From Lama guanicoe (Eukaryota): DNA of 64,000 nucleotides. Made by a program: the position numbers and the translations under genes. Shown here piece by piece: positions 36,362 through 47,900 of this stretch (the first letter of the stretch is position 1; the number at the start of each line of letters is the position of its first letter). The stretch spans positions 620,001 to 684,000 of the forward strand of contig MU054032.1 of NCBI GenBank assembly GCA_013239625.1. The letters run 5' to 3'. The notes beneath the pieces were generated by a model. It was not told where the DNA came from, searched no databases, and saw only the letters and a list, made by a program, of their open reading frames with translations.

Positions 36362-39300
36362 GTGAGTCCCCTGGGAAATATGGACCCAGGCTGGGGGAGG
36401 GATGGAGGCACTGCTCCACAGTCCCATCCAAGCTTCCCTTCTGACCTACAACTGTCTGCCTTTCCCTTCCTCCATGATCCACCCTGACCCATCTCCCACT
36501 CCTTCCCCTTGTTCCTTCCCTAAGATGCCTCTCCTTTAGTCCTTTCAAGTCTGTCCCCTCCTATCCTATGGGCTGTTATGTCACTTAGAAGCTTTAATAA
36601 CATCCTTTTTATTCTGCTGATCTCTACCCTCATCATAGGATTACTTATTGCAATATGGGTACCTACAGAAGCCTCTAGAAGGACCTGATGACTTCAGGCC
36701 AGAAGATATAATGGAGGCGCTGAGGTGAGAGGTCGTAAGGCACATGGCTTCAGGATCAAGGTCGCAAAGTGTCAAGGTCTTCTTTCTCTCTCCTCATCCC
36801 TTCCACTCCCCAGGCCCACATCTGCCTGACCCAGGTCCATGTTGGGGATCTAGGGAATGGGTGGTGGGCTCTGGGGTGAGATGGCGATTCAAAGATGAAG
36901 GGCACAGTCACTGGATCTTCTTAGGCCCTAATTACTCTTTTGGAGGCTCCATCTCACATTGTATCCAAAATACTAATATTTGGTCACATCCCACATAAAG
37001 GGTAATTTGTATGCAAAACTGAGTTGAGTTGGGATTGAGTTGTTGACAGATGTTGCCTTTTGTGGACATTTATTTCAGCATTTATTTATTTCTATTTTGA
37101 AGTCCTCTTTTCGTATTTTGGATCTGATGGGTCAGTTTTCTATCTACTCTCAGGTATATTCACAGTCCCTTGAAAAACCACAGTACCTGCAGGGCCTGAT
37201 GGATGAAATTGCCCCAGAGCATCCGGGGTGGGGAGAAGGCTGAGGGTGGACAGGCCCTCAGGTGGGAGTTGTGGTAGGAGAGTCTCCAGAGCAGTGGGCA
37301 GGACACTTCACCAGAGCAGGAGGTTAGAAATTGCAGTAAGGGAAGAAGGCTACACTGGAGGAGAACTTTACCCAAATAAGAGACTGAGCATGGGTGGTGA
37401 ATTTGGAGTACTCCCTTTTCTGCAGAACAGAAGAGGAAGTCCCACTTATGAGCACTGGATCCTAAAGTGATCCCATTAGCTACAGAGTTTATGTGTCACC
37501 ATTCTTAGCCACCACCTTGAGCAACAGGGGGCCAAAGAGCTGTCCCCAGTTCCCAGTCATTCCAGATTCTCCTGCCCTGCTGGACCCATCCCTCTCTCTC
37601 TTTTTAAGAGCTTTTCAGGAAGTATCTGAGCTGCCAGTCTCAGGTCAGCTGGATGATGCCACAAGGGCCCGTATGAGGCAGCCACGCTGTGGCCTGGAGG
37701 ACCCCTTCAACCAGAAGACCCTTAAATACCTGCTGCTGGGTGAGGACTGAGCCTGGGGAAGGAAGGATGAATTGGGGATGGGGCACAGCTTTGGATCACA
37801 GGTGGCATTGGGACAGCCTGGACCAGCTCAGTGTTGAATGTTTGATCACATGGTGATTAACTGATCATCATTTGCCTGGAGGGGTTGTCACACAGCTTTG
37901 ATAAGTGAGTGCCCAGACTCCGGGAAGCTTTCCAGGGTTGGTAGAAGTATCTGTGTTTCTAATCTATTTTCTTGTCCAATAACCAGGCCGCTGGAGAAAG
38001 AAGCACCTGACCTTCCGCATCTTGAACCTGCCCTCCATGCTCCCATCCTACACAGCCCGGGCAGCCCTGCTTCGAGCCTTCCAGTACTGGAGCAATGTGG
38101 CTCCCTTAACCTTCCGGGAGGTGAAGGCTGGCTGGGCAGACATTCGCCTCTCCTTTCACGGCCGCCAAAGCCCGTACTGCTCCAATACCTTTGACGGACC
38201 TGGTAGGCACCAGCTCTTAGCTCCCACCTCACAGACCTCTGTCTCCTTGAGTCAGTGACTCTGGAACCTTAATGTTCAGGCTACCCTCTATGCTCAGCTG
38301 CACCCTACACTCTGTAACCAGCTTTTGACATTCCCTTGGGGAGCATCATGTCACCTCCCTGAGGCCTGTCTAAGCCTCTTCTACAAAGCTTATGCCTTCT
38401 TTGGTTTAAGTTCCTCTGCTCAAGGCAGACCTCAGAGAGGACTGGGCCAGAGAGAACAGAGTGGCTGGGAGGTAATGGGCCAGCGTGATGGGCATACCTG
38501 AGAGAACTGGGTGATGACAGGGGAATCAGAAAGGCGAGAGAGGCATCCCAGAGACTGAATGTACATGGGGAAATTTTAAGGGAATGGAGTAATTGGAGTT
38601 TATAATGGGCAGGGGATGTTCCAGCCTAGGAGACTCTGACTACCTTCCTGTCTACCTTTGCTTTTGTCCAGGGAGGGTCCTGGCCCATGCTGACATCCCA
38701 GAGCTGGGCAGTGTGCACTTTGATGAAGATGAGCTCTGGACTGAGGGGACCTACCGGGGGGTGAACCTGCGCATCATTGCAGCCCACGAACTGGGCCATG
38801 CCCTGGGGCTTGGGCATTCTCGATACACCCAGGCCCTCATGGCCCCTGTCTACGCTGGCTACCGACCCCACTTCAAGCTGCACCCGGATGACGTGGCAGG
38901 GATCCAGGCTCTCTATGGTCAGTCCTTTCCCCTAACAATCAAGACCAGCATCTCTTCAGGCTTAAAGAGATAGGTCTAATCTCCAGGGAAGGAAATGGCT
39001 TGGCTTCTTTCTCTTCCAGTTGCTCGGTTATTCAGGCTCCTTCACTTTCAGGAGCTGTTTTTCTGATGCTCCCAGGTCTAATCTTCCTTCCAGGCCTCTC
39101 TCCCTTCACACTCCTTTTTGAGGATAAAGAATGAGCATTCTAGCAAACATCCTTTTCCCTTTCTAGTGCCTCTCAGAACTAAGACGTGTTTCCTGCTGAT
39201 ATCAATACGATCTTGCCTCCCACCAAGGGAAGCTGTCCAGGATTTCCTCTTCCTCTCTCTATGAGGCCTCTGAACTGAACTGACAGTGGAAGTGTAAGGA

Positions 39301-41171
39301 AGCCAGAGCTCCGAGTTCTTACCCTGAGCAGCATTATGTTACTCTGCAGGCAAGAAGACCCCAGAGACAGAGAATGAGGAAGAAGAGACAGAGCTCCCTG
39401 CTGTCCCTCAAGTGCCCACAGAACCCAGTCCCATGCCAGACCCCTGCAGTGGTGAACTGGATGCCATGATGCTGGGTAAGACCCTTCCCCTCCAGGCTGT
39501 ATAGGCAGGCAGTAGGGGCAGCCCGCTGACCTTGAGACCTGGACAGATGGGAATGACATGGGACCTTAGCATGAGCAGAGGAGGTTAGACACCAAGCAGG
39601 GGTTGGTAGCCATGGAAGGAGGCATGTGACATGGGAAAGGAGGGCTCAGAGCCAAATGGAAGTGGGCCAGGCAGGCATTTACCTTGGCTGCCACCTTATG
39701 AGGGCAACTAAAACTAAAACACATCTGGAAAATACAGCAAGATGGAGAAAACAGTCTTAACTGGAATGTCTACTAGAGAGGGAATTATACCTGCATGGAC
39801 CTACAGCTTGGGAGTCACTTGGAGTAGCTGAGAGCCCCAAGGGGGAGCAGCTATCTGCAGGGCTTTTGTTTTGTTGAGTGGACCAGAGCTGAATTGCTGT
39901 GAACAAAGGAGAGGCTGAACACTGGGTCCGCCTTCTCTGACCTTAATCTTCTCCTTAGAGTTGTATGAATTTTTGAGGCATCAGCCTGTGGGAAGAGGGT
40001 GAACGATCAGCCTGCCTGAGATACCCATGAGTCTTTATTTGACCCCCGTCTTTTTGACTTGTTGATGCACCTGTGCTCTCAGGTCCCCGCGGGAAGACCT
40101 ATGCCTTCAAGGGAAACTACGTGTGGACCGTGACAGATTCAGGGCTGGGTCCCTTGTTCCAAGTGTCTGCCCTGTGGGAGGGGCTCCCAGGAAATCTGGA
40201 TGCTGCTGTGTACTCTCCTCGAACACAATGGATTTACTTCTTTAAGGGTAAGGGGGCTGGTTTACAGTGTGTCAACTGAGGAGGGCCTCCCGTCAGAGAA
40301 GCCATAAAAGGGACGGAGAGATGAGAAGTTTCTGAAAGGGTGGAATGGAGGAACCGAAAGCTATCACCTGAGGACAGGGGTGACTTGATCTTTCCTTACA
40401 CGCTCTCAGGAGACAAGGTGTGGCGCTATGTTAATTTCAAGATGTCTCCTGGCTTCCCCAAGAAACTGAACAGAGTGGAACCCAACCTGGACGCAGCTCT
40501 CTATTGGCCTGTCAACCAAAAGGTGTTCCTTTTTAAGGTATAAAATTCAAAGCAAGGGCAAATCCTTTCTTAGGAGGGTGGGCTTCCCTCACACAGAGAA
40601 GCAAAGACTTGCTCTTGAAGGGAGTTCTGCAGCTGCAGTGGGCTGAGGGGAGACCTGTGGTTGTCCCTAAAGTCTCTCCTCATCCTTCTCTTCTCCCTGC
40701 CCACCCTACACCTAGGGCTCCGAATACTGGCAATGGGACGAGCTGGCCCCAACTGACTTCAGCCGCTACCCTAAACCAACCAAGCTGTTGTTTACAGGAG
40801 TGCCAGACCAGCCGTCAGCTGCTATGAGTTGGCGGGATGGCCGTGTCTACTTCTTCAAGGGCAAACAGTACTGGCGCCTCAATCGGCAGCTTCGAGTAGA
40901 GAAAGGTTATCCCAGAGACATAGCCCACAACTGGATGCACTGTCATCCCGAGACCCCAGACGCTACCTCATCAGGTGGGGATACCCCCTCCTCAGCCACA
41001 AGCACTGATCACTCGTCCACAGGAACAACTTCGGATACCACTTCCTTGGCCATAGATACCACCATGAACACCAACCACTCACCCAGCGATACAATCTTGG
41101 ACATTTCACCCTCAGCCATGTTCTCTACCATTCGTTCATTCCCTGGTAACGTCACCCTCCCAGAGGCCTAA
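36272..41171 (+). CDS. MMP19: Matrix metalloproteinase 19; join(36272..36361,36639..36724,37609..37739,37987..38202,38672..38917,39350..39475,40083..40247,40410..40537,40716..41171), 547 aa
   Basis: Signal peptide [18 protein letters not shown], cysteine switch PRCGLED, zinc motif [11 protein letters not shown], Met-turn ALMAP, acidic hinge, hemopexin repeats and Thr-rich tail; 1644 nt in frame. Confidence 0.97.
36639..36724 (+). CDS. MMP19: MMP19 exon 2
   Basis: [15 protein letters not shown]...EAL; AG/GT bounded. Confidence 0.93.
37609..37739 (+). CDS. MMP19: MMP19 exon 3 (cysteine switch)
   Basis: [43 protein letters not shown]. Confidence 0.95.
37987..38202 (+). CDS. MMP19: MMP19 exon 4
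   Basis: [16 protein letters not shown]...FDGP. Confidence 0.95.
38672..38917 (+). CDS. MMP19: MMP19 exon 5 (catalytic zinc site)
   Basis: [12 protein letters not shown]...[11 protein letters not shown]...IQALY. Confidence 0.96.
39350..39475 (+). CDS. MMP19: MMP19 exon 6 (hinge)
   Basis: [16 protein letters not shown]...[12 protein letters not shown]. Confidence 0.93.
40083..40247 (+). CDS. MMP19: MMP19 exon 7
   Basis: [14 protein letters not shown]...IYFFK. Confidence 0.94.
40410..40537 (+). CDS. MMP19: MMP19 exon 8
   Basis: [18 protein letters not shown]...VFLFK. Confidence 0.94.
40716..41171 (+). CDS. MMP19: MMP19 exon 9
   Basis: [10 protein letters not shown]...WMHC followed by a 75-aa S/T-rich tail; TAA ends at 41171. 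Confidence 0.94.
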   Translation, partial: GSEYWQWDELAPTDFSRYPKPTKLLFTGVPDQPSAAMSWRDGRVYFFKGKQYWRLNRQLRVEKGYPRDIAHNWMHCHPETPDATSSGGDTPSSATSTDHSSTGTTSDTTSLAIDTTMNTNHSPSDTILDISPSAMFSTIRSFPGNVTLPEA

Positions 41172-41514
41172 CACCGGAGTCAAATGTCTGCTGCAGCTTG
41201 GGCATGAACCAAAGACCTCAGGCCTCTAAATGTCCCTGCTTCAGTCACCACTCCCCTGTACTCTTTCCCTCCTGGGCAGTGACCCCCTAACTCTGGGACA
41301 GCCCCCAACTCCATCCATTTCTTCCCCATCCTAGATAGCACTTCCAACTGTGTTATCTACTCTCTGGAGGACATTGGTAGAGGAAAGGAATCCATCAGGC
41401 CTTTAGGTGACAAGAGGCAACAGCTGGGAATGCCTGGTTCTGTTCTTCCTAGACAGAGTGCAAGAAAACAACATGGCCAGTAAAATCAGCAAGGGTTTTG
41501 GAATCCTTGAGAAT

Positions 41515-41672
41515 CACATTTATTTGCTTATGACTTTGGGCAAGTTAATTAACCTCATTGAGCCTGGGATTCCCCATCTGCAAAATAAGGTTAATACCAA
41601 CCCCACAGGGTTGTTGTATTAAATGAAATACTCTATGTGAAGTGCCTGGCACATCTGTGCCTAATAAAGGTT
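41515..41672 (+). mobile_element. MIR in the MMP19 3'UTR ending in AATAAA (41663-41668)
   Basis: tgactttgggcaagttaattaacctc...ccccatctgcaaaataagg...cacagggttgttg...gtgcctggcaca...aataaa. Confidence 0.75.
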
Positions 41673-41881
41673 AACTTCATCTTCATAAGAGAGGACTGAG
41701 CAGCTCTTCCTCTGGCTGTGTGTGTGCAGCCAGAGGTAGTCCTGTCTGATAAGGTACCCTTATAAGATCTTTAAGGGACAGAGGACTTGTCAGTATGGCT
41801 AACTCTTTGTTTTGGGGTGCAAAGAAAGAAAAGAACAGCAACAGTAAAGGCCAGACTCCCTGGTTCAGTGTTCAATGCCAT

Positions 41882-41887
41882 TTTATT
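41882..41887 (-). terminator. TMEM198B: Probable TMEM198B polyadenylation signal
   Basis: TTTATT on the + strand (AATAAA on minus), about 940 nt past the stop; the downstream minus-strand sequence is U/GU-rich. Confidence 0.6.
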
Positions 41888-42828
41888 CACATGCTCCCAC
41901 ATTCTTCCTCCCATCATAACCTTGCTGCCCAAGAGAGGGACATATCTTCCTTCATGCTGTCTGGGGAACCAGGGAACAGACCTTGGGCAGGAGGATCAGA
42001 GGAGGGGAGAGAGTTAGAATGGGTTAGTGGCTGGGACAATGTTCTGGTTAAGGAGATTAGCATCACCTATAATGAGAGGCAGAGAAGGCACTTGTCTCCC
42101 ATGCAGCCCCGCAGACCAGGCTCCTCTGGGCAAAAGGGCAAGACTCTGGCACTTGGGCCAATGCTCTCTCCTTGGAGCAAGAAGCCAGCTTTTGGGGAAG
42201 GTGGGTACTGAGCCAGGCACTGCTCTCTGCTCTTCCCCACGTTAAGAAGGAGGGCAAGGGAAGCACCATGGAGGACAGTACCCCCAACTGAGGTAGGAGA
42301 AGGGGGCTTGAGCCTATGGGGGTCCAGAGGGACAGGGTAACCAGGAACCCAACTACCCCCTAATGAAGGGTCTGGGGTTGAAGGAATCCCGGAGCGCCTC
42401 TGTGCCCTTCTCCCCATTATAAAGCTATGAAGTACTTTAGGAGGCTTCCTGATTTTCTATAGATCCTACAGAAACAAAGCCCCTTGTTTTATTGCTGTGA
42501 GGCACTGAGGTGGGTATATAGAAGGCTATTTGGGTAACGGGCCTCCTTGGTCTGGAGACAATTAAGGAGTCAGTTGCTTTAGTGACCAGGGCACCTCTAT
42601 TATTGGACAGAGGTAGGTACTCATACTTCCATCCCGCTCCCCTCACCACAAGATTCCTCCCTGTCTGTCTCTGAAACATATCCCTACAGGGCTGGTCTGG
42701 GTTGGAGCACAGATTCTATCCCCAAGTCCAAGAGGTCGGGAGGTTTGTGTGTCCTCTGGGCTCAGGCCCTGACCACCTACTGTTCCTAGGCCCTTGCTAG
42801 GGGTGAGGGCATCACTGGAGGTTTAGGC

Positions 42829-42966
42829 TCAGGTTCGGACAGAACCAGAAGGTGTGGTGAGGGGTACAGTTGAGCCACAGTCAGAATCCAGGTCCAGGAC
42901 GGTGTGGGGGGCTGTGGCCTGAATGCCTGGTCCCAGCTGGCGTTCTCGAAGGCTCTGGAGGTAACT
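42829..42966 (-). CDS. TMEM198B: TMEM198B last coding exon
   Basis: Acceptor ctccag|[13 protein letters not shown]...GSVRT*. Confidence 0.88.
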   Translation of the reverse strand, partial: SYLQSLRERQLGPGIQATAPHTVLDLDSDCGSTVPLTTPSGSVRT

Positions 42967-45048
42967 CTGGAGGGGCACAGGGCAGAGAGGGCAGAAGAAA
43001 GGGCCTGGGTCAGAGCCCCCCTCCCACCCTGGCCATCCCATGTGCCCTCTGCCCCATGCCCCAGAGCACCCCTACACCTCCACTCACTGGAGCCAGACTG
43101 TCAGCAGGACTCCGGGTGCTGGAGGGGAGCTGGCGCCGGAAGCTGCCCTCACAGAGCCCAACCCCAGGGGAGGTCCGGTGCCACTTGGCCTCTTGCTGAC
43201 GGATCCGTAGGAGCTGGAGATGCCTTTGCTGGTGGCTCAAGACCACTGCTTGAGAGGGGCAATATAAATTCAGGGAGGCCTCTTTAGATCCTGAAACCCA
43301 CCCCCAAATACACTCACACTCTAGGGAAACCCATTCAATCTCCCTGTTTCGTGTCTCTCAAACCTCACCTTCCCCCCAGTTATTCTAAAAGAAGCTTTTC
43401 TTTGGAGTCATCCTACTATTTCCTCCTGGATATCCCTGAGATCTTCCTTTCCTTCCATAATGGTCCCCAATAATTCTTCTTTGTACTTCCTCCCACAACA
43501 ATTTCTCTTGTCATTCTTACCCAGACATTTGGCTCCTCCAACTGTAACTTTCTTTCAAAGCCCTGCCCCATTCATCTTAGATGCCTCTGCCCTCTGCCCT
43601 CACATGTATTTTCCCCCTTCCCCTCCTCAAGTCTGGGAACCAGAAACAAGAGAAGGCACAGGTTGGCTGCTTTCGGTACCACGGCACTAACTCACCATTG
43701 GCGTGGCCTCCATGTTCCTCATCCATGAGCTTCCACTGGGCCAGGGCCCCAAGGGTCCCCAGGGCTGGCCAGGTCCCCAGCAAGACCCAGCTATACCAGC
43801 AGAGAGGAGGCAAGGCTGGAAGTGCCTGCAAGCGTTGGCCCAGCCGACTGCCCAGTGCCAGCCCCTCTAGGAAGTAGTCAGCACAGGCCACCAGCACCGC
43901 AGCACCGAGCAGGGCTGTGCCCAGAACTGTGAATGGACGTGGCCACCGAAGCGTGAACAGGGCTCCCAGCAGTGCCAGCCCCACCAGCCCCCCGGCCGGC
44001 ACCCAGGCTGAAGGTGGCTGGTAGATGGGCTCGGTGCCCAGCAGGACCCCGGCACCCAGGGTTAGGCCTAGCAGGAGACCAGTCAAGAAGAGCCCAACAC
44101 TGCGAACCAGCATGGTGACCAGGCCGCAGAGGAGTCCGATGCCTAGCGCAATGCCCGCGCTCACCTCCAGGCTCAGCTGTGTCTCCAGTACTCGCTCCTT
44201 GTGGCACAGCAGGAAGATCACCAGAGCTCCTGACAGCAGGCCGGAGAGAAACATCACTGCCTTGAAGCAGCGATAGCCTGGGAAGGGAGGCAGGAGGCAC
44301 TGAGATGCGGAAAGCGGGGTTCTACAGGGATGGCTCTGATGAATTAGAAGGGAGAGGAATGGCTAACCAGAGATGCTGAAGACAGGAACAGCATACTCAA
44401 GGACATCAAGGCAAAGGGCAGAAAGGATCATCTTTGGGAGGGCAGGGACTTTTCAGAAACTGTGAGGGGATGGGAGGGCAAATCAGGAAGTAAGATGGAT
44501 GCACTGAGGGGACTAAGTATAGAAAAAAGGTTTAGTTCTTCCTTCCAGGGATGGTAGACAGGAAGAAATCAGCACAGGCTGATTTAGGTTATTGGGGAAG
44601 GGTGGAGACGCCTTAAGCAAGGAGGATAATTTGGGAATGGAGTTTTGAGGTAGGAGGCAAGGGGAGAGCATGTGATAGTTGCCAGGAGTCAGAGCTGGAA
44701 GGTGAGTGGGCATGGGGAATGGAAGAGCTGGCAAGAGCGGCATTGGCCACACTGAAGGTAGGCGTCCCCTGAGAGGAGTAGAGGTGGCCCAGGAGCAAAG
44801 GAGAAAGTTGGCATCATCCTTGAGGGTGACAGTTTTGGGTAGCTGCCCCCCAGAACCCTGGCCCTGCCCTCACCGAAGCAGCAGTAGATGATTCCAAAGC
44901 AGCAGCAAAGAGCACACACCAGGGCAGGTGCCAATTCAGGATTGTCCTGGGGTTCCAAGACACATCTTGGGTCTGGAGGCTCTGGGAGTTGTTGATTAAA
45001 GGGCCTGGGGTCAGAGGTCATGGCCAGGGGCAGCAAGGCTTCCTCCAT
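42829..45048 (-). CDS. TMEM198B: Transmembrane protein 198B; complement(join(42829..42966,43088..43245,43696..44277,44874..45048)), 350 aa (351 with the upstream NAGNAG acceptor)
   Basis: gccATGG start. ...[25 protein letters not shown]... multi-pass hydrophobic core typical of the TMEM198 family, then [18 protein letters not shown] and [10 protein letters not shown]. 1053 nt in frame with no stops; syntenic position between MMP19 and DNAJC14. Confidence 0.92.
43088..43245 (-). CDS. TMEM198B: TMEM198B coding exon 3
   Basis: aagcag acceptor; [18 protein letters not shown]...DSLAP; donor gtgagt. Confidence 0.88.
43696..44277 (-). CDS. TMEM198B: TMEM198B coding exon 2 (transmembrane core)
   Basis: [16 protein letters not shown]...EHGGHAN; donor gtgagt. 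Confidence 0.93.
44874..45048 (-). CDS. TMEM198B: TMEM198B coding exon 1 (exon acceptor at 45133)
   Basis: [20 protein letters not shown]...IIYCCF; donor gtgagg. An alternative in-frame ATG lies at 45021. Confidence 0.88.
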
Positions 45049-46549
45049 GGCCGAAGAGAAGGTGGTCACAGAGGGGGAGGTCAGTGTCAGCTCCTCTCAT
45101 CCATCCATGAATGTCTTGAGGGGGTTGGGAAACCTGCAAGGGGGTAAGGGGCAGGAACTCAGGTGCCCATGAATCTTGAGGACTCTGTATCTCTACTTCT
45201 TTTGAAGAAAGGCCAATTTCAGGAGGGAGAAATTAAGAGATCACTGAAGAAATCTACTGGGCTGGGTTGAGGGGAGTCAGCTGTCTATTTACCACCCTCT
45301 GAAACAAGGACATTAAAGTAGAAATTAAAATTTTATACAAGAAATGAATCTTTGCCCCCTGGCTTTTCAGGGTGGGGCTGGAGGAGTAGGAAGTCCTAGG
45401 TTTGTGGAGGGGGAGGCCCAGGGGTGAGACTGGGGGCTAAAGGCCCTGCAGCCTGTTCCAGCCGAAAAGAAAGCTTGCCCCATCTGCAGCCGGGACTCAA
45501 AGCTATCCCATTGGACTGGGAAGGGTGGAGTTAATAGAGAGGGAGAAGGAGGAGAAAGAGGAGAGAATGAGTCATGGTGGGGGTCCCCTGACAGCTGCTC
45601 CAACCTCAGAGAAGAAGGGAAAAAAATCAGACACCAGAAGAGTTTGGGACAAGGAATTAAGCAGAGACAGTAACCCACACTTTGTCAGGGGTTTGAAGCC
45701 TCGGCTTCAAAAGATGGAGTTGTTGGGGAAAGAGCGTCCAGTCACAGTCCAACTCCCACGGTCCCTTATGGACTAAGCAGGCACCTTGCCCACAGACATC
45801 TCATCCTGGTAGCCTTTGGCTCCTCCCCTTAGGATACTGATGGGACTGTTCCTACCTCTCCCTTTCCCCTGGGGTGGCAGGGCTGCCATGGGATTTGAAC
45901 TCAGTTCCTGAAAGGAGAACACCAAGGAGGGGCTGGCATTGGGGCACTATGAGAGTGGGGTAGGGTGGGTGCAGGGACTTCCCTTCAGTGATCTTTCGGA
46001 CATCAAGGTCTTAATAGGCAGGAGAGTTGGCTTGGGGAATCCCTGGGGTTCTTCTCCTCAATCAGCTTGGAAGTCTAGGGACCCTAAACAAGGAGAGGTT
46101 GGGGAGGGGGTGTTAGCTACTCACCACCCTGCCAGGGCTGAGGAGAGGAGGGGGTAGATGTGCTTCCCTAGACCCCCAGCTGCATTCCTGCCCGGAGTCC
46201 TAGGCGTCGGGGCGGCTGTCGGGAGAGGGCACCCCCAGGGCCACTCTGTTCGTTGCCCCCTAAACTCTTGCAAGTCGTAGCCCAAGCCCTGTAAGCTAAA
46301 TGCAACCAGCTTGGTGGGTGGAGGAAGGGGACTGGGTGTGTGTGTGTGGGGGGGTGACATCACGGAGCGGGCCCCTCCAACTTTTTTCCCTGTGTTTGGG
46401 GGGACCCAGTTTGCCTACTGCTCTAGGCTGAGACCACAGATCCCCAACCATAACAGGGAAGGGTCTTGGGGGAACCATAAGAGGTTTGGGAAAAGGTCTC
46501 TGACTATTTAGGCGCTGACTCAACAACTCGAAGCTCTCAAAGACCCTAC

Positions 46550-47900
46550 ATATCCTACCGTCCCCCCAGCTCCGGCTTGGTTTCTTCCACTTCCCAGAGA
46601 ATTGGAGTATTGTCTTTAGGAGAACTTGGTGGTCGGGATCGGGGATCGGGGACCTGGGAAGGGGCTCGTACTAGTCTGGGGGCGTCGGCAAGGGGGTTCA
46701 TGGGTGGAGAAACTTGCGGAGCAAGACGGGGTTTGAAAGGGGGACTAACGAGAGAGGCGTATGCAGAAGAGGGGACCGACAAAGAGGAAACCCAAGCCGG
46801 GTCTGCGTGGGGGCGGGGGCGCGTGTCGACGTCGGCCGAACAGCTTGGTATGCAAACGAGATGCAAAGCAGCATGAGATGAGTGCAGGGATTTTTGGTGC
46901 TTGGCTCGGGTCCTGAGCCCAGCGGGGCTACGCTTTCAGTCCTCCGGCCCCGCTTCGTGACGCGGCCTGAGAGCTGCACCTAGAGGAGGGGTCCAGGCCG
47001 TGAGAGCTACAGTTATACAGGGCAGTTGGCCAGCTGGGTCAGGGGCTGGGAGGCTGAGGGTTGATGGGAAAGAAGGGGCAGAGAAGGAGGGCCAGGCCGT
47101 GGGGAGGCCCGGGGCGTCCTCCCCTCCGCTCCACCTCCGCATGATACAAAAGGGCCTCTGTCCTCGTTACAGCCAGCAAGGAAGGGATCAGTCCGGTGGC
47201 TTCTCTAAGCTCCCTTGTTTTCTCTGCAAGGGAAACAGACTGGCTTGGTGGCTTTCCTCTATCTCCCGGTCTCGGTAAAGCCCAAGAATATAGCCAGAGG
47301 AGCCCTAAGAATCTGCCCCCAGTCTGCAGGCACTGCAGTAGCGTCCATCTGCTTCGCTTCCAGTGGTGCAGCCTTCGGAGACCCCACTCCAGCACGCGGA
47401 GGGCGGCAGCAGAGGGCCCTTTAAGGGGCGGGGCCAGTGCTTTCCCAAGGACCACCTCCTCTGATTTGACACACCACTTGCGGCGCTGGCTCGCGCCTCC
47501 GCCAACCGCTTTTACTTGTCCTTCCCGTCTCTTCTCTAGTGACCCCGGAAGTGGAAGTGGGCGCAGGTCGGCGGCCGCGGCGGGGACTGAAGGCGGAAGC
47601 AGAGTGTGAGGAGGAGGCGGAGCCGGGGGAGCTGCTCTCGTAGCTCCCCCTGGCCCTAGGCCCAGCTGCTCGAGGGGGAGGAGTTACTGCCGCTCTTTGG
47701 TACGTTACCTTCGCACCTTCTACCTAGTTCGAAGGTTCCCTGGTTTTTTCTCTTAGGGGCAACCCCTAGCTCCGCCCTCAGATTTTCCTTAAGGGCCGTA
47801 CGGTCCCCACCCTTTTCTGGCAGCCTGCGACCCCCTTTCCGGTCTTCTTTTCCTTTTTCCCAAGAGTGACCCCGGGACCACACCCTTTGCGGTACCTCCC
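46550..47900. promoter_or_regulatory. Bidirectional CpG island promoter, TMEM198B (-) / DNAJC14 (+)
   Basis: CpG-rich; GC boxes at about 46810 and 47425; tandem GABP CCGGAAGTGGAAGTG at 47545-47559. Candidate TMEM198B 5'UTR donor at 46125/46124 and DNAJC14 exon-1 donors at 47606 or 47700. Confidence 0.78.
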
